In this document: positions 62,850 to 64,000 of the stretch, one piece after another
Layout of the letters: every line of letters begins with the position of its first letter
Position numbering within the stretch: position 1 is the stretch's first letter
Source of the DNA: Rhynchobatus australiae
Taxonomy: Eukaryota
Direction of reading: 5' to 3'
Length of the DNA stretch: 64,000 nt
Assembly (NCBI GenBank): GCA_034780895.1
Contig: JAUZTB010000127.1
Span: forward strand, 33,085,752-33,149,751
The notes under the pieces: generated by a model
Told to the model about the DNA's origin: nothing
Database searches by the model: none
What the model saw: the letters and a program-made list of their open reading frames with translations, nothing else
Program-made: the position numbers and the translations under genes

Positions 62850-63115
62850 TATTTTATTTCCAAGATGCTCTATAATCTTTACCTTGAGATTCCCAAGCCT
62901 TTACGCACAATAGGCAATGAAATTGGCAATACTTTCCTGGCTATTTTGATAGCTTTAAAAATACCACAAAAAGTTAACATATGCACTTCTCCAGGCCCCA
63001 AGAACCTATCCACTTCAGTAATTTTTGGATGATTTGTGGCAAAGTTCCTGCAATTTCCTCCTTTGCTTCCTCAAGGATCCTCGGATACATCTTATCCGGT
63101 TCATGGAATGTATTT
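62850..63115 (-). mobile_element. CR1-clade LINE internal fragment (very degenerate)
   Basis: Minus strand EPDKMYPRILEEAKEEIAGTL (cf. GPDxMYPRxLxE). Confidence 0.55.
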
Positions 63116-64000
63116 AAGTCTGAACAGCTGTTAGCAATCATGCTGTTGGAAGTGATGGAAAAAAAGTGTCTTCAACACTCCATGACCTGATAGAAGCCTT
63201 TACAGGTACCAAAAGGGTCTGGCAGCATACACACATTTCCACAGACTTTAGTCCCACTGCTCCTAAACAAAATAAGCTTAAAAGGCCGATTTCATGTACT
63301 TGAAGTATTGTCATGTTTTTGGGAGTTTAGGACATACTATTGGGGACACCAGGAATTCTTTCATGAAGGCAATCATGAATGCAGTGGATGAGAGAAAAGC
63401 CATAAGTGCCAAACTGCTGCTATTAAATCCAACAAGGCATTCAGGAAAAAAAAACCTTATCTAGGTAGTAGTTACAATGTGGAACTCAATGGGAATCTAA
63501 GTAAATACGGAGGAGAAAGGAATAAAACAAAATGTTGCATTCTCAAGTGCAGCAAGCATTCTTCACGCCCTTCAATAAATTTCTTTTTATCATTTTCATG
63601 CCTTCTTTAAAAGGGACACTTACAAAATGCCTTGGTTTTGAAGTTAATGCAATTTACCTTTATGTACCCTTTTTTCCCCTCATGGTGCCTAGTCAAATCC
63701 TTCACCAGGCTTTACCTTTGCTCTCATCTACTCCAATCAGGAGCACCTTATTGAAAGAATCCCTAATGTTTCCATTAGCCATGTCCAAACCTCGCAAGAG
63801 CACTTGGTAAAATTTAGCCTTCTGAAGAAAATTATGGTTTAGGAGCTAAAGGCACAGATTAACTGTAGGACATTGCAGCAAAATAATTCTGTAGTCTTCC
63901 CCAAACCTTTACTCAGGATAATCTGAAACTTTAAATATTTTGTGGATATTTTATATTATTAGCATTACATACATTCTAGATTTTTTTTAAAGTTGTGACT

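Noticed and set aside
1-64000. Prokaryotic-type systems (CRISPR array, operon, retron, defence island)
   Set aside because: No regularly spaced repeat-spacer array and no dense ORF packing. All RT-like sequence is vertebrate LINE-derived, and the one gene is spliceosomal.

Overview
This is eukaryotic vertebrate genomic DNA from a gapped short-read assembly, with many exact 100-N joins. The repeat content (V-SINE-core tRNA SINEs, CR1/HER1-like, Rex1/Babar-like, RTE, L1 and Penelope-like remnants) suggests a cartilaginous fish (shark or ray); this is an inference. The only gene I can identify is a + strand block of seven filamin-C exons at 54144-59515. They total 1173 nt, all introns are GT-AG, the frame is open, and they cover roughly Ig repeats 19 to early 22, including the FLNC-specific Ig20 insert. 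No upstream filamin exon is visible in the preceding 54 kb. The block starts 102 bp after a 100-N gap, and the next expected exon is not found before 64000. The rest is intron-like or intergenic DNA with decayed and nested transposons. Most ORF-track entries are spurious or transposon-derived. I found no prokaryotic-type system (no CRISPR, operon, rRNA or true tRNA) and cannot claim a new biological system. The best leads are the orphan FLNC block and its residue changes, the filamin Q/R editing-equivalent site, a ~100-bp inverted repeat and a tyrosine-recombinase retroelement remnant. Comparisons to human filamins are from memory and need alignment.
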